Assembly (NCBI GenBank): GCA_965224245.1
Contig: OZ245046.1
Location: forward strand, 3,488,001 to 3,552,000
Direction of reading: 5' to 3'
Length of the DNA stretch: 64,000 nt
Source of the DNA: Candidatus Eiseniibacteriota bacterium
GTDB taxonomy: Bacteria > Eisenbacteria > RBG-16-71-46 > CAZAMP01
Shown here: positions 53,250 through 62,680 of the stretch, in pieces
Layout of the letters: each line of letters begins with the position of its first letter
Position numbering within the stretch: the stretch's first letter is position 1
Notes under the pieces: generated by a model
What the model saw: the letters and a program-made list of their open reading frames with translations, nothing else
Told to the model about the DNA's origin: nothing
Database searches by the model: none
Position numbers and translations under genes: made by a program

Positions 53250-54272
53250 TCACGTCCGGCGAGCCCGGTTGTGCGCCACCGCGCGGGCGTTCCGGCGCAG
53301 ACCGTCGACCCCCGCGCGCCGCATCGCGCTCCCGGCGATGCGCGCGTCGAGGTCCTCGTCGGACGCGTCGATCCACTCCGAGAGCGGCCGCGAGGTGACG
53401 TGCGCGCGTTCGGCGAAGTCGGGCTCGCGGGTCGGGGCGGCGAACGCGTTCCACGGGCACACCTCGAGGCAGATGTCACAGCCGAAGAGGTGCTCCCCGA
53501 TGCGCTCGGCGTCGGCGGGCCCGAGCTCGCCCCGGTGCTCGATGGTCAGGTACGAGATGCAGCGGCGCGCGTCCATCACGTAGGGCTCGGGAAACGCGCC
53601 GGTCGGACACGCGTCGAGGCAACGCGTGCACGACCCGCAGAAGTCGAGGTGTGCCGCGTCGCCCGGGAGCTCGACATCGGTCAGGATCTCGCCGAGAAAC
53701 GTCCAGCTTCCGAGCGAGCGGCTGACGAGGTTCGTGTGCTTGCCCCGCCAGCCGAGCCCGGCTCGCTCGGCCCATGCCTTCTCGAGAATCGGGGCGGTGT
53801 CCACGGCTACGCGCGTGCGGGCCCCGGGCACGAGCTCGGCCACACGAGTGGCCAGCGTGGTCAGCTTGCGCCTCAGAACACGGTGGTAGTCGCGGCCGCG
53901 GGCGTAACGTGCGATGCGAGGCGGCGCGTCGCCACCGGCCGCCGCCACCGACCCCCGGGAGCCGCTCGCGTCGGGACGGTCGGGACCGGCCTGCGCCGCC
54001 GTCTCGCGTCTGCGACCGGTCTCGTGACCGTAGCCGTGCGCGACGCAGATGACGCTCCGGGCACCGTCGAGGAGGTGCCGCACGTCGGCACGAAGCGCCC
54101 GCAGGCGGGCGAGGTAGTCCATCGTCCCGTGACGGCCACGTGCGAGCCACTCGTCGAGCCGGGCGGCCTCGGCGTCCAGCGGCACGGCGGCCGCGACCCC
54201 GAACGCGTCGAAGCCGAGCGCGCGTGCCTCGTCGGCGAGTCGCGATCGCAGCTCGTCGGCCCGGAACGTCAT
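53250..54272 (-). CDS. queG: Epoxyqueuosine reductase
   Basis: ARYARGRDYH, VDTAPILEK, GWRGKH, CGSCTRCLDACPT, GCDICLEVCPWN. Confidence 0.95.
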   Translation of the reverse strand: MTFRADELRSRLADEARALGFDAFGVAAAVPLDAEAARLDEWLARGRHGTMDYLARLRALRADVRHLLDGARSVICVAHGYGHETGRRRETAAQAGPDRPDASGSRGSVAAAGGDAPPRIARYARGRDYHRVLRRKLTTLATRVAELVPGARTRVAVDTAPILEKAWAERAGLGWRGKHTNLVSRSLGSWTFLGEILTDVELPGDAAHLDFCGSCTRCLDACPTGAFPEPYVMDARRCISYLTIEHRGELGPADAERIGEHLFGCDICLEVCPWNAFAAPTREPDFAERAHVTSRPLSEWIDASDEDLDARIAGSAMRRAGVDGLRRNARAVAHNRARRT

Positions 54273-54706
54273 TCCGAGTCCAGCTCGCGGTCGTGCGCGT
54301 CCTTCTGCCGCATCGCGGCCTCGATCTCCTCCCGCGCATGGAGGCGGCCCCGACCGATGCCGCTGCAGAACGAGCGGACCTCGGCGTTCCAGGCGGCCCG
54401 CTCCATCGTCTCGGGCCAGAAGGGCCACGTGCGACACGGGACCGGCCGAACCGGGTAGATCGTGCACCGGCAGTCGGAGAGGAACTCGCAGGCCCCTCCC
54501 CGCGAGCGCGCGATCAGGTAACCGTCCTCGTCGCGGAGGTGTCGCCGGCGCAGTGCCGTCAGCGACAGGCCGAGGTGACGGGCCAGCGCGCGGGCCTCGC
54601 GCCGCGTGAAGTAGACGCGATCGTACTCACCGTGGTTGTGGCAGCAGTCACCGCCCTCCCGGCAGCCGAACCGCACGCCCTCGGCGTACCACGCCCCGTC
54701 ACCCAT
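54269..54706 (-). CDS. YkgJ-family cysteine-cluster protein
   Basis: CREGGDCC, CEFL, CTIYPVRPVPCRTWPFW. Confidence 0.9.
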   Translation of the reverse strand: MGDGAWYAEGVRFGCREGGDCCHNHGEYDRVYFTRREARALARHLGLSLTALRRRHLRDEDGYLIARSRGGACEFLSDCRCTIYPVRPVPCRTWPFWPETMERAAWNAEVRSFCSGIGRGRLHAREEIEAAMRQKDAHDRELDSE

Positions 54707-55946
54707 CGATGATCGCCGATGCGAACGAGACGACCGAGCCGTCCTCGACCCACTGGTGATAGGCGACCACGTCGGCCTCCCGCTGGCCGGTCCAGGCCAT
54801 CGTCGCGTAGACGGCGCTCAGCCCGCAGATGCGCCGCGGGTTGCCGTCCTCAGAGACCGACCGGAAGAACGCGCCCGAGTCGCCGGCCGCCACCGTCTCG
54901 AGCGTCTCGCGATCGAGGCCCTCGAGCGCCTCGAGCTGCTCCTCGTCGACCGGCTCGGGATCCTCGAACCGCGGACCGACGTGAGCCATGTCGGCTCCGG
55001 CGATGACCGTGACCGTCAGGTGGCGCTCGCGCGCGGTCTCGGCGATGGCGGTGACCATCGCGTCCACCTCGTCTTGGCGTTCCGGTCGCGTCGGGTCGGT
55101 GTCGGACGGCACCAGCGATCCGCACAGAAAGGGGAGGATCGGAGGCACGCGCTCACCGAACACGTGCCGCAGGTAGACGGCCTGGAACTCCAGGGAGTGC
55201 TCGGTCCGGTGCAGACACTCGTCCGCGAAGAGCTCGCCGGGGTATCGACGCACGATGTCCTCGAGCACCTCCTCGGCCACCGGACACGGGCCCAGCGGCG
55301 TGTCGTACCCGATCGAGCTGGCGATGAACAGCTCGTGCGTGAGCGCGTGGGCGGTGCCGAACAGCACGACCACGTCGGGACGCGCGTGTCCGTTCGCGAA
55401 CGCGGCGTAGGCCGCGGCGTACGTCGTCTCGGCCACGCGGAGATCGATGTGCGGCACGATCAGGCCGAGCGGCGGATCTCGGCGAACGGCGAGCGGGATC
55501 GCTCGGAACGACGAGGCCAGCTCGCGCGAGAGCTCCGATGCATCCGCGGAGTAGCTCACCCCGGCGAACGCCGGTGCGCGCCGTCCCTGCTCCCGGTAGC
55601 CGGCGTTCGCCGCGCGGCGGCGTGCCTCGAAGCGAGGCGAGTCGAGGAAGCCGTGCTCGTCGAGGCCTCGCACGAACCCCTCGACCACGTCGCGGCTCGC
55701 GTCGATGGCATGCCGTTCCCGGATGGCGCGGACGACGTCGTCGAGCGTCCGCGTGCCGTCGAAGCACTCGAGCAGCACCGACGACATCGGCGTCATCGCG
55801 ATCGGAGCGTCGACGATCCCGGTCGGATCCTCCAGGACGAGCTGTGCATCGTCGCCCTGCCCGACCAGATGGTGCTGCACCGGCCGTAGCCGGGGCCGGA
55901 GCGGGATGGCGCCGCTCCCGCCCGACGTGTCGGAGATGTCTGTCAT
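54699..55946 (-). CDS. amrB: AmmeMemoRadiSam system protein B (Memo) with PqqD-like N-terminal domain
   Basis: AFAGVSY, PHID, GTAH, EHSLEFQ, DMAHVG, ICG; N-terminal FDGTRTLDDV. Confidence 0.88.
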   Translation of the reverse strand: MTDISDTSGGSGAIPLRPRLRPVQHHLVGQGDDAQLVLEDPTGIVDAPIAMTPMSSVLLECFDGTRTLDDVVRAIRERHAIDASRDVVEGFVRGLDEHGFLDSPRFEARRRAANAGYREQGRRAPAFAGVSYSADASELSRELASSFRAIPLAVRRDPPLGLIVPHIDLRVAETTYAAAYAAFANGHARPDVVVLFGTAHALTHELFIASSIGYDTPLGPCPVAEEVLEDIVRRYPGELFADECLHRTEHSLEFQAVYLRHVFGERVPPILPFLCGSLVPSDTDPTRPERQDEVDAMVTAIAETARERHLTVTVIAGADMAHVGPRFEDPEPVDEEQLEALEGLDRETLETVAAGDSGAFFRSVSEDGNPRRICGLSAVYATMAWTGQREADVVAYHQWVEDGSVVSFASAIIDG

Positions 55947-56566
55947 CCGGATCCGCCTCCCTCCTCACCGGCGTGACGGAGCCAGCGGAAGACCCCGTGC
56001 ACGCGCGTGGCCGGGCGCGCGTCCGGCGTATCGGGTCGTGCGACTCCGGCGCCCGTCGCCTCGGCGCGGGAGTCCGGTGCGGACGGACGGCCGGACCCGG
56101 TCGACTCGACCCGCACCCACCACACCCGGTCCGTGACGCCCGGCGGATCGGTGGAAACTACCACATCGACGAGCATCGGATCGGGTGGCGCGCCGGGGCC
56201 GGGACCGGGCGTGACCGCGATCCAGCGCTCGGGTCCGAGGAGCCGCCGCGCCGCCTCGGCCCGTCGTCCCCGGTCGACGATCTCGATGCCATCGGCTTCG
56301 AGGGCGCACTCCAGGTCGCCGCGCACGAGGATGACGATCCCGAGCGCCTCCAGGACACCGCGCCTCTCCAGCCAGTGCCGGTCTCCGGCGAGGCGCGAGA
56401 GCCTGGCGGCGTCCACGACGAGCCAGCGGGTCGCCGGATCGAGCGCCTCGACCTGGGTCATGAACGCCGCGTCGTCGTCGTGCCCGTCGTCGCTGGCGTA
56501 GATCGGGGGCGAGGGCGGGCGGTGGTCTGGATCCGGGCGTCCACGCACTGGGCGCCGGTCAGGCAT
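55943..56566 (-). CDS. Hypothetical protein
   Basis: ORF fills the gap and overlaps both neighbours; no recognisable family. Confidence 0.55.
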   Translation of the reverse strand: MPDRRPVRGRPDPDHRPPSPPIYASDDGHDDDAAFMTQVEALDPATRWLVVDAARLSRLAGDRHWLERRGVLEALGIVILVRGDLECALEADGIEIVDRGRRAEAARRLLGPERWIAVTPGPGPGAPPDPMLVDVVVSTDPPGVTDRVWWVRVESTGSGRPSAPDSRAEATGAGVARPDTPDARPATRVHGVFRWLRHAGEEGGGSG

Positions 56567-57560
56567 GCAGCTCCACGACGTCGCCATCGCTCAGCACGTG
56601 ATCGCGCTGAACGTGCTGTCCGTCGAATGCGCCGGCGCCCCAGATCCGTGCGAACGAGAGCCCCTCGGCGAGCTCCCGGTGAACCGCCTCGGCCAGATCC
56701 AGCACGGTGCTTCCCCGATCGAGGAGGAACGGACTCTCCATGTCGGCCTTCTTGCCCGGCTGCTTCGTGTAGACGCGGACGACCCGGAGGCTCTCGAAGA
56801 TGGCCTGCCGAAGGGCTTCGAGGCCCTCGCCGGTCTCGACCGACGTGCGCAGGATCTCCCAGGGTCGTGAGAGGGACTCCCGGAAGATCTCCTCCCGGAG
56901 GTCCGCACCGTCGTCATCGGCATGCGTGGCCACGAGTAGAGTGGGGCGCTCGAGCACGGGCCCCGCCCCCGCGCGGTCGACGTCCTGCGGCGCAAGCTCG
57001 CGGGCCGGAACGAGCATCGTGTGCCAGTGCTCCAGCACGCCGAGCGTGTCCTCGGTCGTGGTGAGAATGTCGTCGTCGCCGAGGCTCACGACCCAGAGGA
57101 TCAGATCACAGGCCCGGACCTGGCTCTGCATCCACGCCCGCACGAACTCGGACGACACCGCCGGTGCGTCGACCAGCTGCACCTGGACGTCGTCGATCGG
57201 CATCATGCCGGGATGGAAGCGGGTGGTGGTGTAAGGGTACGGCGCGACCTCGGGCTCGGCGGCCGTGAGTCGGTCCATCAGCGCGGACTTGCCCGCGTTG
57301 GGACCCCCCACCAGCACGACCTGCTTGTGCCCGTCGCGATCGACGTACTCGCCGGGGACCCGGCCGCCGGACTTCCGGGTCTCGGCCCCCTGCAGCTTTG
57401 CGATGCGCTTCTTGAGATCGGCCTGGAGCTTCTCGGTTCCCTTGTGCTTCGGGATCAGCCGGAGCATCTCCTGAAGACACGACAGCTTCTCGTCGGGGGT
57501 CGACGCCTCGCGCATGCGGGCTTCGGCCGCCTTGTACTGCGGGGTGAGGTTCGCCGGCAT
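56559..57560 (-). CDS. DRG-like Obg-family GTPase with TGS domain
   Basis: MPANLTPQY, PKHKGTEKL, GGPNAGKS, YPYTT, DAP, RVYTK, ARIWG. Confidence 0.92.
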   Translation of the reverse strand: MPANLTPQYKAAEARMREASTPDEKLSCLQEMLRLIPKHKGTEKLQADLKKRIAKLQGAETRKSGGRVPGEYVDRDGHKQVVLVGGPNAGKSALMDRLTAAEPEVAPYPYTTTRFHPGMMPIDDVQVQLVDAPAVSSEFVRAWMQSQVRACDLILWVVSLGDDDILTTTEDTLGVLEHWHTMLVPARELAPQDVDRAGAGPVLERPTLLVATHADDDGADLREEIFRESLSRPWEILRTSVETGEGLEALRQAIFESLRVVRVYTKQPGKKADMESPFLLDRGSTVLDLAEAVHRELAEGLSFARIWGAGAFDGQHVQRDHVLSDGDVVELHA

Positions 57561-57717
57561 GGACCTTCTCCGGACTCGTGCCACCGGGTCGCGCTCGACG
57601 TCGAACGCGCTCCCACCCCGATGGTGACGAACCGGGACGCCTCATCGCAAGCGCGGAGGACACGGAGGCCGGGTCGTTTCGTTGGTCGACGTCACCGCGC
57701 GACCGGGCGGACCGAGC

Positions 57718-57882
57718 CGTCGCGTGAGGAACGAGGACGTTCCCACATTCCCTTCGCACCGTTGCCGGCCCAAACGACGCTCAGTTCGTTTGTGTGCGAA
57801 GAGCCCCGCGTAACCGATCGGCCGTGCCTCTCCCCTCATCACGTCCGCTCGGCGGGAGCGCGCCACGCTCCTCACGCGACGA
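57718..57882 (-). ncRNA. Candidate sigma-54-transcribed structured RNA or leader
   Basis: 16-bp closing stem (57866-57881 / 57718-57733) starts at the predicted TSS; nested stems have G-U pairs that work only on the minus strand. Confidence 0.55.
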
Positions 57883-57891
57883 GAGAGCGGA

Positions 57892-57908
57892 TTGCAAGCG
57901 CGGTGCCA
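57892..57908 (-). promoter_or_regulatory. Sigma-54 (-24/-12) promoter
   Basis: TGGCACCGCGCTTGCAA, near-consensus. Confidence 0.8.
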
Positions 57909-57971
57909 TCGGCCACGACGACGTAACCGACGCCCCGACGGTCCGCTGATCGCCGGCCGCGCACCGCGTGG

Positions 57972-58006
57972 CGTCGCCGCGCCGACACATCGTCGGGTTC
58001 TCGACG
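57972..58006. promoter_or_regulatory. Tandem palindromes, candidate enhancer (UAS) sites
   Basis: CGTCG-N6-CGACA at 57972-57987 and CGTCG-N6-CGACG at 57991-58006. Confidence 0.45.
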
Positions 58007-58182
58007 GTCCGGGCCCCCACGGGATCGGCGGCGCGCCGGGTCGCCCCGAACAAAACCATTGATCCAACTCTATGAAATGACATAACATACACAGCCATCG
58101 GGATTGATCCGGCGACCTCGATTACCGTCCAGCACCCCATGAGCGGATCTAGCCCTGCATCGGGTACTTACGAGGGGGTCCC

Positions 58183-58545
58183 ATGGATGATCGCCAGGAT
58201 TCGCTGGCATCGCCCTCGCATCCGGGGGGAAGCACGATCACCGTCGAGTGCAATCACGCGCTCACCGACGGTGGTCTGCGTGTGACCGAGATCCGCATCG
58301 CGCTTCGCGGCGAAGACAAATTGAAGGCGTTCGTCAGCGTCACGCTCGAGCGCAGCCTCGTCATTCGTGGAATCAAGATCATCGAGGGTCGACAGCGGCT
58401 GTTCGTCGCGATGCCGAGTCGCTCCAAGACCGACGGGTCGTTCCAGGACATCGTGCATCCCATCAATCAGGAGACGCGCGCACGGCTCGAGAGCTGCGTG
58501 CTCGAGACGTATTACGACGTCGCCGAGACGCGCGAGATCAACTAG
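58183..58545 (+). CDS. spoVG: SpoVG-family nucleic-acid-binding protein
   Basis: VTEIRI...KLKAFVSVT...IRGIKIIEG...LFVAMPSR...FQDIVHPINQETR. The true start may be GTG 58282. Confidence 0.92.
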   Translation: MDDRQDSLASPSHPGGSTITVECNHALTDGGLRVTEIRIALRGEDKLKAFVSVTLERSLVIRGIKIIEGRQRLFVAMPSRSKTDGSFQDIVHPINQETRARLESCVLETYYDVAETREIN

Positions 58546-59665
58546 ACGCGGGCGGCCTCCAGACCGGCTGATCACCCAGCGCCGCGCACAGCTCCACCAG
58601 CGACAGGAGATCGAGAGCGTTGTGCAGAAACACCGGCGCCAGGATTCGCCGGTCCCCGCCCCGGATCGCCTGCCGGTAGAGCCGGGGAACGTCGCCCCCC
58701 GGCACGTCGCCTGATCGTTCCCGCCCGAACACGTGCCTCTCGATGCTGACCAGACGACAGTTCGGAAGCCGGGTCTTCCACGCTCGGCGTGCCGCGTGCA
58801 GAAGGTCCACGTCGGAAGGCCGGGGCCAGGGACGGATGCGGTGGCGGGCGGCACGATCGCGCAGCAGCGGCAGGTCGTAGCTCCGGCCGTTGTAGGTCAC
58901 CACCCGTTGCGCGCGGGAGAGACGGTCGGCGAGTCCGGCCAGGAGAGCCCCCTCGCGATCGATGTCCGCGGCGAAGATCTGCTCCACCACGACGCGCTCG
59001 CCCGTCACGCTCGCCAGCCCGACCAGGAAGATCATCTGCGACCCGAGCCCCAGGGTCTCGGTGTCGAGGAACAGCGTGGTCTCCGGAACGTCGGCGGGCA
59101 AGCTCGCGAGCAACGAGGGCGGGCACGGGATCTCCAGCTCACGGGCGAGGATCGAGCCCCTGGACGTCTCGCGGCTCCGGAACGGGGATGGCGCGAAGAG
59201 CCGCGGATGATCGGTCCAGTCGGGGCGCGAAGGACGCGCCGAGGTCCCGAGCGCATCACCAGCGGGACGGGCGGCCGGCGGCTCCGGATCCGGCGGCGTC
59301 CCGCCGGTCGTCGGCACCGGAGACACGGGAGTGGTTCGTGACGAGACAGATTCCGCCGGGCGCGCGGGCCCGAACCGCGACGTGAACCGGCGGCGCCACC
59401 ACGGCTCGGCGTCCGGGCCGGCACGGCGAGCGGCGGCGGGTGCCACGGTGTCGGATGCCACGGTGTCGGGTGCCGAGGCGTCGCGCGCCGAGGTCGCTCC
59501 CGCCGCGACGTCTCGCGCCGTGGTGGCGTGCGGCGCGGCGTCCCGTGTCGGCTCGTCTCGCACGGCGTGGAACCTCGACGACGGACCCGCCGGCGCGCGG
59601 ACCTCCGGCCGCGCGCCGCGCGCGATCGCGGACAGGCGGCGCCGGAGGGTCGAGGAGAGTCTCAC
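58538..59665 (-). CDS. YprB/MrfB-like RNase H-fold (DEDD) exonuclease
   Basis: FLDTETLGL, VTYNGRSYDLP, DLLH, HNALDL; low-complexity N-terminus. Confidence 0.85.
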   Translation of the reverse strand: MRLSSTLRRRLSAIARGARPEVRAPAGPSSRFHAVRDEPTRDAAPHATTARDVAAGATSARDASAPDTVASDTVAPAAARRAGPDAEPWWRRRFTSRFGPARPAESVSSRTTPVSPVPTTGGTPPDPEPPAARPAGDALGTSARPSRPDWTDHPRLFAPSPFRSRETSRGSILARELEIPCPPSLLASLPADVPETTLFLDTETLGLGSQMIFLVGLASVTGERVVVEQIFAADIDREGALLAGLADRLSRAQRVVTYNGRSYDLPLLRDRAARHRIRPWPRPSDVDLLHAARRAWKTRLPNCRLVSIERHVFGRERSGDVPGGDVPRLYRQAIRGGDRRILAPVFLHNALDLLSLVELCAALGDQPVWRPPASS

Positions 59666-59859
59666 GCGTCAGTGCTCCCGGGGAGAGGCCGTCCACGCAC
59701 GCTAGCAGGATTCGACGCCCGGGGCACGCATCGGGTCGCGCCACGCCGCCGCCATCTCCTCGCGTGTGGTCGTCACGCCACCGCGGCCACTTTCGCGCGA
59801 CGGAGCACGCGTGGTACCCTCCGCGCTCGTTTCGACCCATCCCTCACGGAGATGCCGAG

Positions 59860-60330
59860 ATGGCATTGATGGACGAGCTCACCGCCCGCATGAAGGCGGC
59901 CATGAAGGCCAAGGACCAGCGCGTGCTCGACACGATCCGCATGGTGCGATCGCGCGTCATCGAGGTTCAGAACGCCGCCGACTTCTCCGGAGAGCTGACC
60001 GACGACGTCGTGCGCGACGTGATCGCCGCCTACTCCAAGCAGCTCAAGAAGTCCCTCCCGGACTACGAACGAGCCGGCGAGTCCGGACACGAGATGGCCG
60101 AGAAGCTCCGCTTCGAGGTCGACTATCTCTCGGAGTTCCTGCCGTCGATGCTGGACGAGGACGCCACGCGTGCCATCGTCGCCGCGACGGTCGCGGAGCT
60201 CGGCGTCACCGATCCCAGGCGGGCCGGACAGGTCATGGGCGCGGTGATGAAGGCCAACAAGGGCCGAGTCGAGCCGGGCCTCGTCAAGCGCCTCGTCGAC
60301 GAGGCCCTGGCCGGCGGCGGTACGGGTTAG
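59860..60330 (+). CDS. GatB/YqeY domain protein
   Basis: MKAAMKAKD, LSEFLP, GQVMGAVMK. Confidence 0.92.
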   Translation: MALMDELTARMKAAMKAKDQRVLDTIRMVRSRVIEVQNAADFSGELTDDVVRDVIAAYSKQLKKSLPDYERAGESGHEMAEKLRFEVDYLSEFLPSMLDEDATRAIVAATVAELGVTDPRRAGQVMGAVMKANKGRVEPGLVKRLVDEALAGGGTG

Positions 60331-60410
60331 TCTCTGGAACGAGCGCGGCCCGCCCTGTAAGGTACGGGCCTCTGTCCGTCGAAACGCCCTCAACGGAGTT
60401 CACCCCTACG

Positions 60411-61886
60411 ATGTGCGGATTTGTCGGTGTGATCGGCGTTCCCCATGCGGCACGCGAGCTGTTCATCGCGCTCCAGACGTTGCAGCATCGCGGACAGGAC
60501 TCGGCCGGCATCGCCACCAAGGACGGCGACCGGTTCCCCGTGCTGAAGGAGATGGGCACCGTTCCCCTGGCCCTCCGCGAGCACGAGCTCGGCAGCCTGA
60601 ACGGTCGCGTGGGGCTCGGTCACGTCCGCTACCCGACGTTCGGCCGCCCGGTCCGCGACGACGCACAGCCGTTCTTCTATCGCCAGCCCGGCGTGCTGAT
60701 GGCACACAACGGGAACGTCACGAACTACCACGAGCTGAAGGCCGCGCTGGCCGAGAGCAGCATCCACCTGCTCTCGTCGTGCGACATCGAGCCGGTGCTG
60801 TGTCTGTTCGCCACCGCGCTGATGGCTCAGCGCCCGCGCGGCCACACGATCGAGGATGCGGTGATCGCACTGCGAGAGGTCCAGGCGCGGGTCACCGGCG
60901 CGTACACGGTGGCGACGGTGCTGGAGCTGGACGGCGAGGATACGCTGGTGGTGTTCCGCGATCGCCTGGGCATTCGCCCGGGCGTCTGGGGCCGGCGCGG
61001 CGATGCGTTCATGGTCAGCTCGGAATCGGTCGCTCTGGACGCGCTCGGGTACGAGTGCGCACGCGAGATCGACCCGGGCGAGGCGCTCTTCCTGCGCGCC
61101 GGGCGTGAGCCCATCACGAGGGAGCTGAGCGCCAGCTCCCGGCGGGCGCCCTGCATCTTCGAGCACATCTACTTCGCGCGTCCCGACTCGGTCATCGACG
61201 AGCGCACGGTGTACGAGGTGCGGCTCAGTCTGGGCCGCCGTCTCGCGGACGAGCTGCGGCAGCACGGCCACGAGATCGACACGGTGATCCCGGTCCCGGA
61301 CACGTCGCGACCGGCGGCCACAGCGATCGCGGAAGCGCTCGGCAAGCCGATGCGCGAGGGGTTCATCAAGAACCGATACTCGGGTCGCACGTTCATCATG
61401 CCCGACCAGACGACGCGCAACACGGCGCTCCGACTGAAGCTGAACCCGATCCGGACCGAGATCGAGGGGAAGCGAGTGCTGCTCGTCGACGACAGCATCG
61501 TGCGCGGCAACACGGTGCGAAGCATCATCGCGCTCGTTCGCGACATGAACCCGGCGGCCGTCCACCTGGCGATCTACGCGCCGCCGGTGACGCACCCGTG
61601 CTACTACGGCATCGACATGTCGCGCCCCGAGGAGCTGATCGCGCGGCGTCACCTGGATCGGTCGGGGCTCTCCCGTCCCACGCTGGAATGGCAGCGGCGG
61701 TACGAGGCGGAGCTCGCCGACGAGCTGCTCCTGGACTCGCTGACCCACCTCTCGAACGAGGGCCTCCACGAGGTCGCGAGCTGGCCCCTCTGCTCGGCGT
61801 GCTTCACGGGCGAGTATCCGGCGCCGCTGTCGGACGCCCAGCGAGAGGCGATCGAGATCAACCGGAACGCCGTCGAGCCGGTGTGA
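60411..61886 (+). CDS. purF: Amidophosphoribosyltransferase
   Basis: MCG start, LQHRGQDSAG, GHVRYPT, HNGN, LVDDSIVRGNT, CYYGID, CSACF. Confidence 0.95.
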   Translation: MCGFVGVIGVPHAARELFIALQTLQHRGQDSAGIATKDGDRFPVLKEMGTVPLALREHELGSLNGRVGLGHVRYPTFGRPVRDDAQPFFYRQPGVLMAHNGNVTNYHELKAALAESSIHLLSSCDIEPVLCLFATALMAQRPRGHTIEDAVIALREVQARVTGAYTVATVLELDGEDTLVVFRDRLGIRPGVWGRRGDAFMVSSESVALDALGYECAREIDPGEALFLRAGREPITRELSASSRRAPCIFEHIYFARPDSVIDERTVYEVRLSLGRRLADELRQHGHEIDTVIPVPDTSRPAATAIAEALGKPMREGFIKNRYSGRTFIMPDQTTRNTALRLKLNPIRTEIEGKRVLLVDDSIVRGNTVRSIIALVRDMNPAAVHLAIYAPPVTHPCYYGIDMSRPEELIARRHLDRSGLSRPTLEWQRRYEAELADELLLDSLTHLSNEGLHEVASWPLCSACFTGEYPAPLSDAQREAIEINRNAVEPV

Positions 61887-61903
61887 GATCCGGAACGCCG
61901 AGC

Positions 61904-62665
61904 GTGACGCCCGGTCCCGTTCGCACGGTGCTCTTCGACGCGCTGGGGACGCTCGTGCACCCCGCGCGTGTGTTCGAGGCCACCTACGCGGCGCACTTCC
62001 GGGAGCTCGGCGCCCCGGACGTCGGCATCTCCGAGATCGCCCGCGCATTCGCCGCGGCCCGGGCCGACGTGAACGTCGACCTGGATGGGGTCCACGACCG
62101 CTACCGCTCGCACCCCGGTGGGGACCGCGGGTTCTGGCGGGCGTTCGTGGGCCGCGTGGTGGGATACGCCGATCTCTCGGCGGTCGTGGACGCCGACGCC
62201 GCCTTCGACCGCATCTGGGACGACCTCGCACGCCCGGACGCGTGGTCGCTCTTCGACGACGTCTCGCCCACGCTCGCCTTGCTGGCGGACGCCGGCTTCC
62301 GCCTCGGCCTCGTCTCGAACTGGGACTCGCGCCTTCGCCCACTCCTCGACGCGCTCGACCTCACCCGCTGGCTCGATCCGATTCTGGTATCGATCGAGGA
62401 AGGCATCGAGAAGCCGAACCCCGAGATCTTCCGCGCGGCTGCGAGACGGGCGGAGACGCCACCGGCCGCGTGTGCGTACGTCGGCGACTCGCTCCCGCTC
62501 GACGGCCTGGGCGCGCGCAACGCGGGGCTCCGGTCGTTCGTGGTCGTCCGGGGCGATGCCGACACCCGTTCGTCGACGCGCGCCCGCGCGGAGGGGAGCG
62601 GTGTCGGCGTGATCGAATCCCTCACCGCCCTGCCCGGCGCCCTCGGGCCCCACGTCCCGGCCTGA
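61904..62665 (+). CDS. HAD-superfamily hydrolase (REG-2-like)
   Basis: FDALGTL, VSNWDSRL, EKPNPEIF, YVGDS...DG.GA. Confidence 0.9.
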   Translation: MTPGPVRTVLFDALGTLVHPARVFEATYAAHFRELGAPDVGISEIARAFAAARADVNVDLDGVHDRYRSHPGGDRGFWRAFVGRVVGYADLSAVVDADAAFDRIWDDLARPDAWSLFDDVSPTLALLADAGFRLGLVSNWDSRLRPLLDALDLTRWLDPILVSIEEGIEKPNPEIFRAAARRAETPPAACAYVGDSLPLDGLGARNAGLRSFVVVRGDADTRSSTRARAEGSGVGVIESLTALPGALGPHVPA

Positions 62666-62680
62666 CTTGGCACCGGGCGC

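Noticed and set aside
53074-53250. SAH or SAM riboswitch upstream of ahcY
   Set aside because: No consensus elements found; only a possible TTGCCC-N18-TAGAAT promoter.
57642-58140. ORFs across the candidate RNA region
   Set aside because: No recognisable protein features; they run through the promoter and enhancer-like motifs.
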